DNA of 64,000 bases from Dictyostelium discoideum (taxonomy: Eukaryota): NCBI GenBank assembly GCA_000004695.1, contig CM000152.2, positions 4,928,001 through 4,992,000 of the forward strand, read 5' to 3'. Positions 1 to 13,165 of the stretch are shown here, piece after piece. A program made the position numbers and the translations under genes. The notes under the pieces are model-generated. The model worked only from the letters and a program-made list of their open reading frames with translations. It searched no databases and was not told the origin of the DNA. How positions within the stretch are numbered: the first letter of the stretch is position 1; every line of letters begins with the position of its first letter.

Positions 1-627
1 GAGAATTGTTTAAAAGTTTGATAAATCAATTCCTTTTCACCGAGTTTTGGTGCTTCAGTAATAATTTTATTTACAATCTCTTCAGTTTCGAAATCGGCTA
101 AAAATGATCCTTTGAATGATTTATCGGACTTCTTTCTTAATCTAACTGAAACTACCTTATAACCACCATTTGCATTGAAAAACTCTTGAACTTTTTCAAT
201 GGTTGTATCCTCTGGCCAACCTTTGCTATATAATGTTTTACCACAATCAATATTCTCTGGTAATGGATCTAATCTTCTAACCATTTTACCATCTTCACTA
301 ACTTGTAATCTTGTTGATTTCTTTAATGCTTCTGTAATTAATTGTAAATCTGTTGAAATTGTTTTCATTCTATTGAATGATGCAATAACATCAATTGAAA
401 TATCTAAAAATAATAATATTAAAAATAATAAAAAATCGATTAGAATAATATTCATATTTATTTTTTTAAAAAAAAAAAAAAAAAAAAAGGTTATTATTAT
501 AACATTACTTACAATTGTCAACATTTTTAGCAGCTTCAGATCTTAAAAATTTATCTCTTGGGAAATTTGAATCACTAAAATAATATTCAACTTGTTTTAA
601 GATTTGAGTTGATGTTTCTTCTGACAT
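1..627 (-). CDS. La (SSB-type) RNA-binding protein, 5' part of the gene. Exon 1 is 513..627 and exon 2 is 1..403. The CDS continues beyond the window start.
   Basis: The minus strand reads MSEETSTQILKQVEYYFSDSNFPRDKFLRSEAAKNVDN, which is the La motif (YYFSDSNFPRDKFL). A GTAAGT donor lies at 512..507 and a tttag acceptor at about 405..404. Exon 2 encodes an RRM-like region (KGSFLADFETEE...) and stays open to position 1. The plus-strand ORF 199..546 is its shadow. Confidence 0.75.
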
Positions 628-1166
628 TTTTTTATATATATAAGAATTTATTTATAAAAAAAATGAGATGAAAAAAAAAAAAAATTGTTTTCGTTTTTTT
701 TTTTTTCGTTAATTTTTTTTTTTTTTTTTTTGAAAATTTTTTTTATTTTTTTTATTTTTTTTTTTTTTTAAAAAATTTTGTTAAATTTCACAAACCAACG
801 TTAAACTAATACTTCAACCTTAAGTTCAAATATAATTTTATTTTTAATAATAAAAAAAAAAAAAAAAAAAAGAAAAAAAATTTTTTTTGCTGCTTTTTAT
901 TCTGTTTTTTTAATTATAAAATCTTAATTTAAAACTTTTGATAATAATATTGGAAATTTTTTGATTACTTTTTTTTTTTTTTTTTATTTTTTTTTAATTT
1001 TTTTTTTTTTTTTAAAAATTTCCTTTTAAAATTTTTTTTAAGATAACCCTTTAATTAATATTGTTTCTACTGTTGTAAATAATACAATTATAGGAAATTT
1101 TATTATAGGAAATTCCCCATAACAATAATATTAACAAATAATAATATTTATTAACATTTAACAGGA

Positions 1167-1888
1167 TTTTTTAAATTTGTCTTTACGCTGGGACCTAAGC
1201 AGTAGGGCGTGACCGATAAGGGATCCACTGTTATTGCTTTTTGCAAACTATTTCCACAACGCAGTACGATTTGTTTCGGCCTGCAATTTTTAATTCTATC
1301 CTAATTGGATAACCTTTTAATAATTAAAGAAAAAAAAAAAAAATAAAAAAAAAATAAATAAATAAAAAAAAAAAAATTAACAAAATAAAATAAAATAAAA
1401 TAAATAAATAAAATGAAATGAAATAAAATAAAAAAAAGATTTAAAATTTAAAATCACAGGGTGTACACTTTTTTTTTTTTTAATATTTTCATTTTTATAG
1501 TAATCAATTATCATTTTTTTTTTTTTTTCAATAAAATAAATAATCATATATATTAATTGATTTTTTATTTATTATTTTAATTAAACCAATTTGAAAATAT
1601 TTTTATTTTTATTTCTTTTTTTATGTTTTAAATTAAAATTCTTTTTTAAATTAATTTTCGTCATAATAATAATTAATTTTGAAATATTTTAAATTTATCA
1701 TGAAGAGTTTTTTTTTTTTCTTTAATTATTAAAAGTTTATCCAAGAATAGGATAGTGACAAAAATTGCAACCCGAAACAAGTCGTGTTGCGTTTGTGGAA
1801 ATAGTTTGCAAAAAGCAATAACAGTGGATCCCTTATCGGTCACGCCCTACTGCTTTAGTCCCAGCGTAAAGATAACTTTAAAAATTCA
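1167..1888. repeat. About 720-bp inverted-repeat (foldback) element. The two roughly 160-bp arms (about 1167..1330 and 1722..1888) are about 90% identical. They flank a roughly 390-bp AT-rich core.
   Basis: Arm A is TTTTTAAATTTGTCTTTACGCTGGGACCTAAGCAGTAGGGCGTGACCGATAAGGGATCCACTGTTATTGCTTTTTGCAAACTATTTCCACAA...CTTTTAATAATTAAAG. Arm B is its reverse complement. A roughly 90-nt block is near-identical between arms, followed by a more diverged roughly 55-nt block. The arms are the only GC-rich sequence (about 50% GC) in an otherwise AT-rich intergenic region. Confidence 0.8.
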
Positions 1889-2353
1889 TTCATCACTTTT
1901 TTAAATATTAAAGCATGTTCATTTTTTTTTATGGGTTAAAATTTTTAATTTTTTTGATGAAAATTTTGAAATTTTTTATTTTTTTTTTTATTTTTTTTTT
2001 TTTAACATTCTTTTTTAGTTCCTTTTTTATTTTTATTTTTTTTTAATTTGAACTTTGGTTGGCAATTTTAAATTTTTTAAAAAAATTATTATTTATTGAT
2101 ATTAATGAAAATAGTTAAATTATTTTTTGTTTGGGCACCAATTCAAATTATGATTTTCTTTGAATTGTTTTTTTTACATGATTCAAAGATTTTTTTTTTT
2201 TGATTTTTTTTTTTTTTTTAATTACAACACTACCCCTTTCATATTTAGAATTTTTTTCTTTTTTTTTTTTTTTATTATTTTTAATTTTCTTTTTTTTTTT
2301 TTTTTTTATATTTCTAACCAATTGGTTTTGTTTGTAATTAAAATAGAATAAAG

Positions 2354-3050
2354 ATGGAGTTCTTTTCAAATTTATATGGAAAATATTTATCAAAACAAAC
2401 AAATGTTAATAATCATTATTCAAACAATAATTCTATTTCATCAAATATCGATTTTGAATCAATGAATCTTGGTTCGATTAATAGGATTATTGGTTTTGAA
2501 TTTGATGAAGATTTTTTTAAAAAAATTGATAGTAATGGTGATACTGCTCTAACTTTTTTTATTTCTGAAATTATAAAATTTCAAAAATCTCAATCATTTA
2601 ATACCGATTTAAAATTATTTAATAATTCAAAATATAGATATTTATTAGACATACAAAATGATTTTGGTGAAGTTTGTATTTTTTTATAATAATAAATACC
2701 TAAAATTTTATAAATAAATTTTATAAATGTTTTTTTTTTTTTTTTTGAAAAATTAACATTTTTATTTACTATTTTTTTTTTAAAAAAAAAGACACCATTA
2801 CATGTTGCAGGTTATTACAAATAATAAAACATTGACAGAGGCTTTGTAAAAGCTAATGCAAATGCAGGAATTAAAGATTATAGAAATTTAACCCCATTAG
2901 ATATGGCAATTATGTTGGAATATAATGATATTATAAAAATATTGGAAACTTCTGAAACTTCAAAACAATCAAATGTTCAATCAAATATTTATAATTGGGG
3001 AGAAATTCTTACCTCAGATTTTTTATTAAAATCAGAATGGTGGGTACTAG

Positions 3051-3088
<38 letters not shown>

Positions 3089-5471
3089 ATTTCTAATATT
3101 TAGTAAACTATTTACTAATTATAAATCATTTTTTTTATTTTTTATTTTTTATTTTTTTTATGAAATCCAAAAAAAAAGTAAACCAATTAAAATTTTATTT
3201 AATGATGAATTATGTTCACCAATTTCAATTGAATATGGTCAAAATTTTAGTTTAATTTTAACAGATACTGGTGCAGTTTATAGTAGTGGTTTATGTTCAT
3301 ATGGTAAAACAGGTCATAAAATGAAGAGAGATATATCAATACCAACACAAATTAAGTCTTTAGAAAATAAACGTATAAAATCAATTTCATGTGGTTCACA
3401 TCATTCATTAGCATTGGACGATTTAGGTTTAGTTTATTCTTGGGGAAATGGATCAAATGGTAGATTAGGATTAGAATTACATATTTTAGGTGAAAAAAAA
3501 ATTGTATCAACACCAACTTTAATCTCAACAATTGCTTCAAATACTTTGGATCCTGTGGTTGTTCAAATTTCAGCGGGTTTTGATAATTCTTTTCTTATTA
3601 CATCAAATGGTAGTGTTTATAGTTTTGGCAGTGCAATATCGGAGAAATTGGGTTATGACGGCACGGTATTGGGTTACCAAGCATTGCCAAGAAAAATTGA
3701 ATCAATACCTCCAATGAAACAAGTATCAGCTAGTAATTTACATACAGTTCTACTTGATACATGTGGTAATGTATATGCATTTGGTTCACCAACAAATGGT
3801 AGATTAGGTAGACCATCAAATGGGCCTCGTAATGATTATAAACCAACAATGGTTAGTTTTGGTAGTGGTGGTGGTGATGGAACAGTTATAAAAAAAATTG
3901 CAACTGGTACAAATTTTACAATTGTTTTAAGTGACAGTGGTGAACTTTTTGGTTGGGGTGGGAATTCTAATGGTCAATTGGGGGTTGAACCAATATGTAA
4001 TGTTTCAGATTCATTTGATTCACCTACTTTAATTAAATGTTTATCCAATTTAAATTGTGGTAAAATTACAATTCATGATTTTGCAGTTGGTGATCAACAT
4101 GTTGTTATATTAAGTGATGTTGGGGAAGTTTTTTGTTTTGGTGAGGATAGAAAGGCACAATGTGGAATTGGTATATCATATCCAGGCTACAATGACATAT
4201 CATTAACACAAATTCAATCAAATAATTTCAATGGACGTAATATTTTTAAAGTTTATGCTGGTGCTAATAATACAATGGTATCATTATCACCTGATCATCA
4301 TATATTTGGTGAAGAATTATTAAAACTTTTAAATTCAAATTTATTCACTGATATAAAATTAAAAGTTACAGAATCAGATCAAATCATTAATGCTCATAAA
4401 ATTGTATTAGCAGCACGTTGTAAAAAATTTCATTCATTAATTTCATTACAATTAAATAATCCAACAAAACCTCAATCAATTAAATATAATGATTATGATA
4501 ATAATAGTACAACCAAATATATAACATCAGAAATTATAGATGGTATACTTTATATTACTTTTCCAATATCTTTTAAAGTTTTAAATTTATTTTTAAAATA
4601 TTTATATTCAGATCATGTAAATTTAGTAAGTTATTTTATTTTTATTTTATTTTTTAAAAAAATATCATTTTTTAATTATTGGTTTTTTTATTATTTTTTT
4701 TCATAAAGACTCAATCAATTACAGATGAATTAGGTGAATTATCACACTGTATGGGGGTGGGTAGATTATCATATCTTTGTAATTTTAAAAATAATTTATC
4801 ATTACAAAAATTACCAATCTCTACATTATTAGAAGATTTAAAGAAAATTCAAAATCAAGAATATATTGATATTTATTCAAATGTTCAATTTAATTGTGTA
4901 TCAAATGCTGATCCCTTAGAAAATGGAGTTATTAAATCATATAAATTATTTTCAAATTTAGGTTCATTTTATTTTAAAAAAATGTTGGGGGTAGGTTTTT
5001 AATTTTATTTTTATTGCCAAAAAAAAAAAAAAAAAAAAAAAACCAAAAAATAATAATAAAAAGTTATTTTAATTTTTTTTATAGGGATCATATATAGAAT
5101 CTGAACAAAATGAAATTCATTTAAATCAAACATCAATTCATGGTTTAAGATCATTATTAAAATATTGTTATTGTGAAGAAATCCCTGAAGATATAAATGA
5201 ATGTATAGAATTAATTATATTATCTGATATTCATTCAATGCATAGAGCAAAGGATATAACATCAGCTAAAATAAGATCACTAATGGATAATGATTCAATT
5301 TGTTATATTTACCATATTTCTAAATTATATAATGTTAAACCACTTTCAATTTGGTGTTTGGCAAAATTAAATTTAATTTCAACAACACAAGAAAATTTAA
5401 AAAAATTACCATATTTTGATCAATTACCAAATGAATTGAAAATTGAAATCTTAAATTCCTTAAAAAAATAA
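2354..5471 (+). CDS. Ankyrin-repeat / RCC1-repeat / BTB-BACK domain protein (RCBTB-like), multi-exon. The 3' exons are supported: ..4625, 4709..4990 and 5085..5471. The 5' structure (2354..3320) is uncertain.
   Basis: Ankyrin-like segments occur in 2354..2689 and 2840..3045 (TPLHVAG, NLTPLDMAIMLEYNDIIKILE). RCC1 repeats occur in 3180..4300 (GSHHSLALDDLGLVYSWGNGSNGRLG, TNGRLG, GNSNGQLG). The BTB domain is TDIKLKVTESDQIINAHKIVLAARCKKFHSL. A GTAAGT donor lies at 4626 with an acceptor at 4707-4708. A GTAGGT donor lies at 4991 with an acceptor at 5083-5084. The frame is maintained into the BACK-like C-terminus, which ends at TAA 5469..5471. Confidence 0.6.
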
Positions 5472-6293
5472 ACAATTACTAAAAATATACTCTTGGATAA
5501 GAAAAAAAATTAAATTTTCAACAATAATATATAAATGATACCATTGTTGTAATAATAATATATATAGTAATAATAAAAAAAATATGAATAATAATAAAAA
5601 TATTTAGCAACAGTAATTAAATTAATAATAGTAATATTATATATATATAGTAATAGTAATAGTAATAGTAATTTAATTTATAATTATAATAATAATGATA
5701 TTTTCTTAAATAAAATAAATGGTATCAGTTATTTTAAAAAGAAATAACCGCAATAATTTTTTAAATGAATGGGGGTATGAAACTATTAATAAAATTATTT
5801 GTTTTTATTTGATTTTTATTTTTTTTTTTTTTCAAAAAAATGGTTCATTAAAAAATCACCCACCATTAATATCCATAATTTTTCCATAGTTATTAATAGT
5901 TTAAAATCCCAGGGATTAGCACAAATATGGATATAAATCCTTTTACCAAATTTTTTTTATTAATTGAAGAGGATTTAGTATGGTCAGATTTTTTTTAAAA
6001 AATTTATTATTAATAAAAACAAATTAGATTTCATTTTAAAATTAAAATGTGTGTGGTTATGTTTAAGTATCATAAAGAAAGTTTGAAAATTTAGTTTAAT
6101 AATTAAAAGAGGAATAAGAAAGGTAATAATTTCTGCTACTACCTAGATGATAATAGATATGTTCCAAAAAAGAAAAAATAAAAAAAAAAAAAAAAAAAAA
6201 GAATTATTATTATAAATAGGATGTAGAAAAAAAAAAAAAAAACAAATTATACAATTAATTTAGAATACCATAAACTAAATAGTAAAATTTATA

Positions 6294-6543
6294 ATGACAC
6301 TTTTAGGTAAACTTCATTTTATATATTTTATTATATTTTAATTTAAAAAACTAATTTATTTTTTTATAACTTAGGTTCAATCACTTCAATTACAACAAAC
6401 AACAAAACAAAAGTAAATTCAATTAATGTTGATAAATCATTAAATATTTGTTCAAATTCCCCAGTTTATAATGAACAATGCAGATGGAACCCAAATATTT
6501 TATGGCGTCATGGTGGAGGTCGTAATAATTTTACTGCTGCTTA
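6294..6543 (+). CDS. Possible small 2-exon gene encoding about 62 aa. Exon 1 is ATGACACTTTTAG with a GTAAAC donor. Exon 2 runs about 6373..6543.
   Basis: An ATG at 6294 is followed by a GTAAAC donor, and an aacttag acceptor lies at about 6372. The joined frame stays open and reads MTLLGSITSITTNNKTKVNSINVDKSLNICSNSPVYNEQCRWNPNILWRHGGGRNNFTAA*. Its codon usage is less AT-extreme than the surrounding DNA. I found no recognisable domain. Confidence 0.25.
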
Positions 6544-6790
6544 ATTCATAACATTAATTTAACAAAAAAAAAAAAAAACACACTATTTGCTATTATTATT
6601 TTACAAAAAAATAAATACTAAAATTATTCAAAAATATATAGTTATAGTTTTTTAATTATTTAATTTTTTTTACAATTTATTTATTTTTAATTTTTTTTTT
6701 TTTATAATTATTCCACTAATTTTACTATATTTCTTTTTTTTTTTTTTATAATTATTATTATTAAAAAAAAAGTTGTTTTTTTTTTTTTTT

Positions 6791-9700
6791 TTACCAAAAT
6801 GGACACCAACCAACATAACTAAGACAAAGATTTTCATGAGAAGTTGCTTGATCAATTAATTTTTGAACTTGTTCAGGTACATCTAAAGTTTCATTTGAAC
6901 TAAAATCTCTACCAGTTAATTTCTTATTTACACGATTAATAACTGAAAGTGCTCTTTCATTTAATGCTTCAGGTACGATTTCAGCTTCAACTTGTTCAGC
7001 ATCAACACCAACTCTTTGGTTACGAGCGATTTGTCTACCATGAACTGGTGAGGATTTGAGGGAGCCAGCAACAGCTTCATGGTCTGGTGATTCTTTATTG
7101 ATTGGATTATCGATTGTATTGAGATCACCTTCAATCTTTGTGGTAGAATTTGAGGTACTATTATTACTTGCAATGTTTGTAGCTTTATGTTTGGTATTAT
7201 TTTCATTTGGAGTTAAAAGACGCCAGTTAATAAGTGGATCATGAACAAAGGCCTCTAAGACGGCCATAAGACTTTCCTTGTTATTTCTAAGTACATTCAT
7301 AACGGCTTCACAAGTTAATCTGAAATTACCTTCGATACCAGAGACTTCCATAGCATTAATAAGCATACGAGTTAAACGGAATGGAATTTTCTCTGGGTAT
7401 TTATCACGATGCATTGCGACTTCGAAGCAATCACCAAAATCAATGTGTAAAATATGACCGGTATGACGATCCAACATTAAATTGGAAGGATGACGATCAC
7501 CTAAACCTAAAATATAACCAACCATACTCATTACTGCCAAAGAACGTGTATAGTTTGTACGACGATCTAACCAAACTTCACTATTTCTTGATTTCAACCA
7601 TAAAACCTTATGAAGATCTAAACCATTTGAATTTTCCAAAGCATACTGGAATACTTCAACCTTTTGAAGTAATGTAAGATTATCATAATCTGAGCACATT
7701 TGTAACATTAAACGATGTTCAATTGACAATAGGATCTTATTACTATCACGGAAATCTTTAATTAAAGTATGAAGTGTATCGGAATGTGGAACCCAACCAA
7801 TTAGACCAGAGTTTGGTGATAATGGAATAACTGAGAATCTACGAATACTTAGATGAGATTTAGCGGTTTCATGATTGGCTGACAAAAGATTATTAACCAA
7901 ACTAAACAATTGCATAACACGTTCATCTTGTCTAAGATCTTCATGACCTTTCAAAAGGAAAGTATATTCAAGACCATCACTACCAATGATTGTTAATTTT
8001 CTTGGACGTTGTTTTGAAGGAATAACTGAGAGGGCTTGAGAGAATGATTGAATTCTAATGACGTTTTCACTGGCTTTATAGGTACCTGGTACAGCGAGTT
8101 CCATATTGTTTGAATTTAAAAGTTTTGGTGAAACATATTGAAGCTCCAATGATGACATTTGTGGTAATTGTTTATAGATACGTCTAAACACTTGATAATA
8201 GAGATCCCATGCTTGATTAAGATCACCTTCTTTACGTGTTTTTTCATATTTCTTACTCCATTCGAGAGCCTCTTGAAGATCTCTACCAAATGCTTGAAGG
8301 AAAGAGGTTTCACTTGTTGTCTCTGGACCTTTCTCAAGTATTTGATGAAGTGGTGCCAATGTTGCCAACATTGCCTCTGGATTATGATCACCAAAGTATT
8401 GACGAGAAGCTTCCTCCAAACCTTCATACCACATCTCTAACCAAAGAATTGCAGTACGTACCAACTCTTGACTTACTGGTAATGCTTGATCTACCAATGT
8501 AGCGGAATGTTTTCTCATTTTATCCATCAATGATTTTGCTGCGGCTAAACGTGCTGGTGAATGAGATTTAGTTGCTACAGTTAATGGATATACCAATGCT
8601 TGTGGATGTTCTTTACCAATGGTATCAATTAGCTCATGAAGTAAACGACGAACTGGTAGGACTGGAGCATGAATACGTGCAATAATTTGTGGAATAACAT
8701 GTAACCAAGTATCGATTGAAATGGTATTAAAACCTTGCATTAAAGCGGCTTCAACCTCTTTTTGAGCACCATGTTTAAACCAAAGTGTTAGTAGACGAAG
8801 TGTATCTTGTAATGAACGATCAGGACCCAATGAAATACTTTTAAAGAAACTATGAACTGCTGGCAATAAATGTGCACCAATTTGTTCTGGTGTACCACCA
8901 TTTTGTTCGTAATGTGATACAACTTCGAAATTAATTAATGCCCAACTATGCCATGCTTTATACCAATTTGGATCACATTCAGTTGCGGCTTTAAATGAAC
9001 TAATAATATGTGGAATGGAAGCTTCACTCAATGTATCACCCAATGCCAATTGCCATTCACCAAGTTTCAAATAGGCACGACCTTGTAATGGTAAATCATC
9101 GGTATCTCTTAGCGCTTGAACAAATGTACGTAACTTTTCAAATGCTGGTTGTTTAGCACCTGCACTCCAAAGTTGTTTAATATAGGCAAAGGTAATTCTT
9201 GGATGAGTATTTGGAAGTACACTACCGAATTGACTTGTTGTTGATGGATCTTTACCCATTAACATGGTTAGAGTTTTTTGAGCTAAACCTAATCTTGAAC
9301 CTTTTCTACAAAGTCCAACAAATTTCAACCACATATCCAACTCTTCATGAGGTGAAATCACTAAACTATGAACGGCAAGAATTGATTGCCAAATATCGAC
9401 ATTATGTTGACAACCTCTTAAACGAGTTTTCCAAGTATTCTTAATCATATTTCTACGTTCTGGTGAATCTACACATTTTTTATATTCAATGATTTCTTCG
9501 AGCTCTGATAATTGTTGAAGACGAACCACTACTTTATAGGCACGATTATAACTCTCACCTAATAATGCAGTTAGTTCAGTATCTACCAAAGTACGAGCAT
9601 GATCAATAAAGCCATGTGCCAATGTGAAATTGTCATGATGAACTTCGAGTATTGCACGATAGAATGAACCTTCAACGGTATCTTTATTCATTGCACACAC

Positions 9701-12700
9701 ATATTCATCCATTTTATCCCAATTTACAAGATTCCAAGCGGCAGCTGCAGCCAATGGTGCAATGGTTGCACGAGTATGATCATTGATATCTGATTTCCAA
9801 GTTTCTGATGAGAGTGCAGATAATCTTTCCCATTCACCCAATGCATGTAAACATCTTAAAATACCCATAGTATTTTCAATGGTACCACCATTTGGATCGT
9901 CTTTTTGTTTCTTTTCATAGGCAGCAAGTGCATCTTCCCATCTTCTTAATTTTTCATACCAACCTTCTTTCAATTCGACACTATGATTCTTTTGAGCGTA
10001 AATTAAAATACCAATGGCAGCTTCTGGTTGTTGAAGTTGATTGTTAATACTAATCAAAGCCTCAATGGTTGAAGATGGTGATTGAGAGAATTCAGACTCT
10101 TTATAATGTAAAGCTTTTGCATAGGCATGACATTTCTCTGCCAATGCACCCAATGTACGAATATCGATTGGTAATGGTTTCTCGTGAAGTTCCATAAACT
10201 CTGCAAGATTCAAAAGGGTTTGAAGGATTTCAGGTGGAATATTTGGAGAGAGTAAAGCGGTCTCTAAACTTCTAACCAATTCTTCTTGGAATTGTTCGTG
10301 TAATTCAGTCCAACAACTAACGAAACCAGCATTGAATAACTCTTTAACTAATGGATGATAATCTTGTGCCAATGATAAACAGGATCTAAGTGCAGGTGAT
10401 GGTGATTCACGAAGTAATTCCACAGAGAATCTACGAATCCATTCACCCCAATCTTCTTTGGTTGAACGTTGTGAAGTTTCCCAAGCATTCTTTAGGTGTT
10501 GTTCATTTGCCTTTAATTTCTTTACACCAATATCCAATGGAGTACTTGTGTTATTATGATCTTCACCCAAATGATGACCATTATGATCACCACCGAAACG
10601 ATTTGCACCCATACCACCATCATCACCCGAACCAGGGGTTAACATTAATTGTTGATTCTTTAACAATTTGCTAATGAGTAATTCATAATTTGTTGATTGA
10701 ATTTCACGACGTGCTAAAACCTTACCAACCATTGGAATGAAAATTGCATAATCTGAACCCAATTGATAAACTAAAGCACAGAGAGTATTTAAAGTTTCTT
10801 CACGTAATTCACTCTCGGTACTATCTAAAACTCTTGCCAATGGATGAATGATACGAGATGCATAATCAGAGAAATTCAATTTCTTACAAAGTCTACCAAT
10901 GGTTTGAATTGCCAAAGTTCTAACTTGAGTGGTTACATCTACTTGTTCGAATAATTTAACGATTGCAGGAATTACCAAATGTAGGTAATCATCTAAATTG
11001 GTACCAAATACTTCCAATGCTCTTAAAACTTTAGTGGTTGGTGATCTTTTTGGAGAACGGTCAGTATGAAGTACATTTAACATTTGTGGAATTAAATTTG
11101 GTAAATAAACTTTAAATTCATCATTTAAAGCTGATGAAATCTCTTCGACCAATTTAATGATTGGAATTAATAGATTCGAGTTCCAATATTTTTCAATTAA
11201 AGCGAAAACATTAACTAAATAGTCACGAATATGTTGTTTGACAATTGATACCAATGAACCCAATTGTTGGAAAAGGAATTCTCTAAATAATGGTTCACCA
11301 GTGTTCATAGCATGAAGGAATGGTGGCATAATTTGTGGTAAGAATGGAATTGATTTCAATGATAAACTCTTAAAGATATACATAACAGCTTGAATTACAC
11401 TTGTATGATGCGAGGATAATGATGGATCTCTAAGGATTTTCATTAAGGCCGTCAAAGCAACGGTTGGATAATAATCTTCATTCGATGGTGAAATTGTAAT
11501 CACTTCATTGGTCATATTGTTATTCTTATCATCGTTTGCTTTTGGATCTTCTCTACGTTTACCCAATTCATTCATTTTATGTTTATATGGATCCAATGAA
11601 CCTAAAATACCTAAAACCTTGATAACCTCTCTTCTAATTGAACCAATTCTTTCGGTTTTAATTGCATTCAATAGGGTATCCAATAGCATTGGATACTTTG
11701 AGAATGGTTTAATAACATAACCAGTTGATGAAGCTAATTGTGCCAATGTTTTCAATGCAACTTCTCTCTTTGAAGTTGAACTTTGATCTTGAAGTGTATC
11801 AATGATTAGAGGTAACAATGAATCTATATGTTGTACCATCTCTTCACCACCAACCACTGATAACTCACCCAATGCAGCCAATACACAAGATGCAACACGT
11901 GGATTACTATCACGTAATTTTGGTAACAATGCCTTAAGAATTGGTTCTACGTATGGTTTAATTAATTTCTCTGACGCTGAAATTAAATGACCTAATAATC
12001 TTGCACTCTCTTCCTTATTTCTACCATCACCACTAAATTCCAATTCTGTTAGTAGTTGAATTAATGTTTTACGAAGTGATGGCATAACATATGCTGGATT
12101 TCTAATTGTTAAACGACCAATTACAGTGATTGCCAATTCACGAATTTCAAATAACTCATCGTTCAATGCGATGAATAATGAACGTAAATTCTCTGCCTGT
12201 GCTAAATAATGATCGAAACGTGCCTCTAAACTTGATAATACAGTCTTACGAATTGATGGATCAGGATCAGCAATACCAACAACCAATAGTTTCTCCAATA
12301 CCTCACCTACGATAACAGCAGAATGACCACGAGTTGGTGTTGGTTCTTCAGTTCCTACCATAAGTTGAGCACAAGTAATGGCAGCCTCTCTACGAATTTC
12401 AATGTTGTCATCATCCAAATAGTTTACAACACACTCCCTAACGAATTCCAATAGATTATGTTTAGAGAAATCAAAGCTACCCAAAGTTTTCAAAGCCAAT
12501 GCAATCATTTGTGGATCAACATCTGAATTCTGACCCAATTGTGGTATTGAACCACCTTGGAAAGGTGTTGCACTCTTTCTGTAGGGCGATGGTGCACCAG
12601 GTTCAGAGAATGGTTTATTTGCCAAGACTTGACTAATTAAATTCAATAGTTTATACTGAATGTTTGGTATTAACGTTGGTAAATTAATTGTTAAATCTCT

Positions 12701-13071
12701 TAAAGCATCAGTTAAAACCACCGTCAATCCACTTGAAACTATCATTTGTGGTAATATAACTTGCATATGTGGATACATTGATTGGCCAACCGCTGATGCT
12801 AACATTGATATACATGTCAATACCTCTGGACAAAATTGTTTACCCTTTGTCATTAATCCTTGTTTTATCATTACAACAATTGAATCTAAATAAGGTTTAA
12901 TCGATCCACCAACCGCCATTGCTATCTCACCCAATGCTATAAATGCTGTTGGTCTTTCATTTTGATTTCTTAATGCTGCCAATAAATGATTCATACACGC
13001 ATTAAAATAATTTAATACAAAATCTCTTGAACAAAATACTGCTAATCTTGGGAATAATGCCAATACTTTAA

Positions 13072-13165
<94 letters not shown>

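Noticed and set aside
199-546. Plus-strand ORF of 115 aa.
   Set aside because: It is the antisense shadow of La protein exon 2 and the intron on the minus strand. Its translation is low-complexity.
1263-1271. TTCCACAA inside the inverted-repeat arms, which resembles the upstream sequence element of small-RNA genes ((A/T)CCCA(C/T)AA).
   Set aside because: It has only one C too few for the consensus. The sequence expected about 60 nt downstream is AT-rich core rather than a structured RNA. It is kept only as a note under the IR finding.
2148-2402. ORFs 2148..2402 (-) and 2160..2351 (+), rich in K or F.
   Set aside because: They are translations of poly(A)/poly(T) promoter homopolymers.
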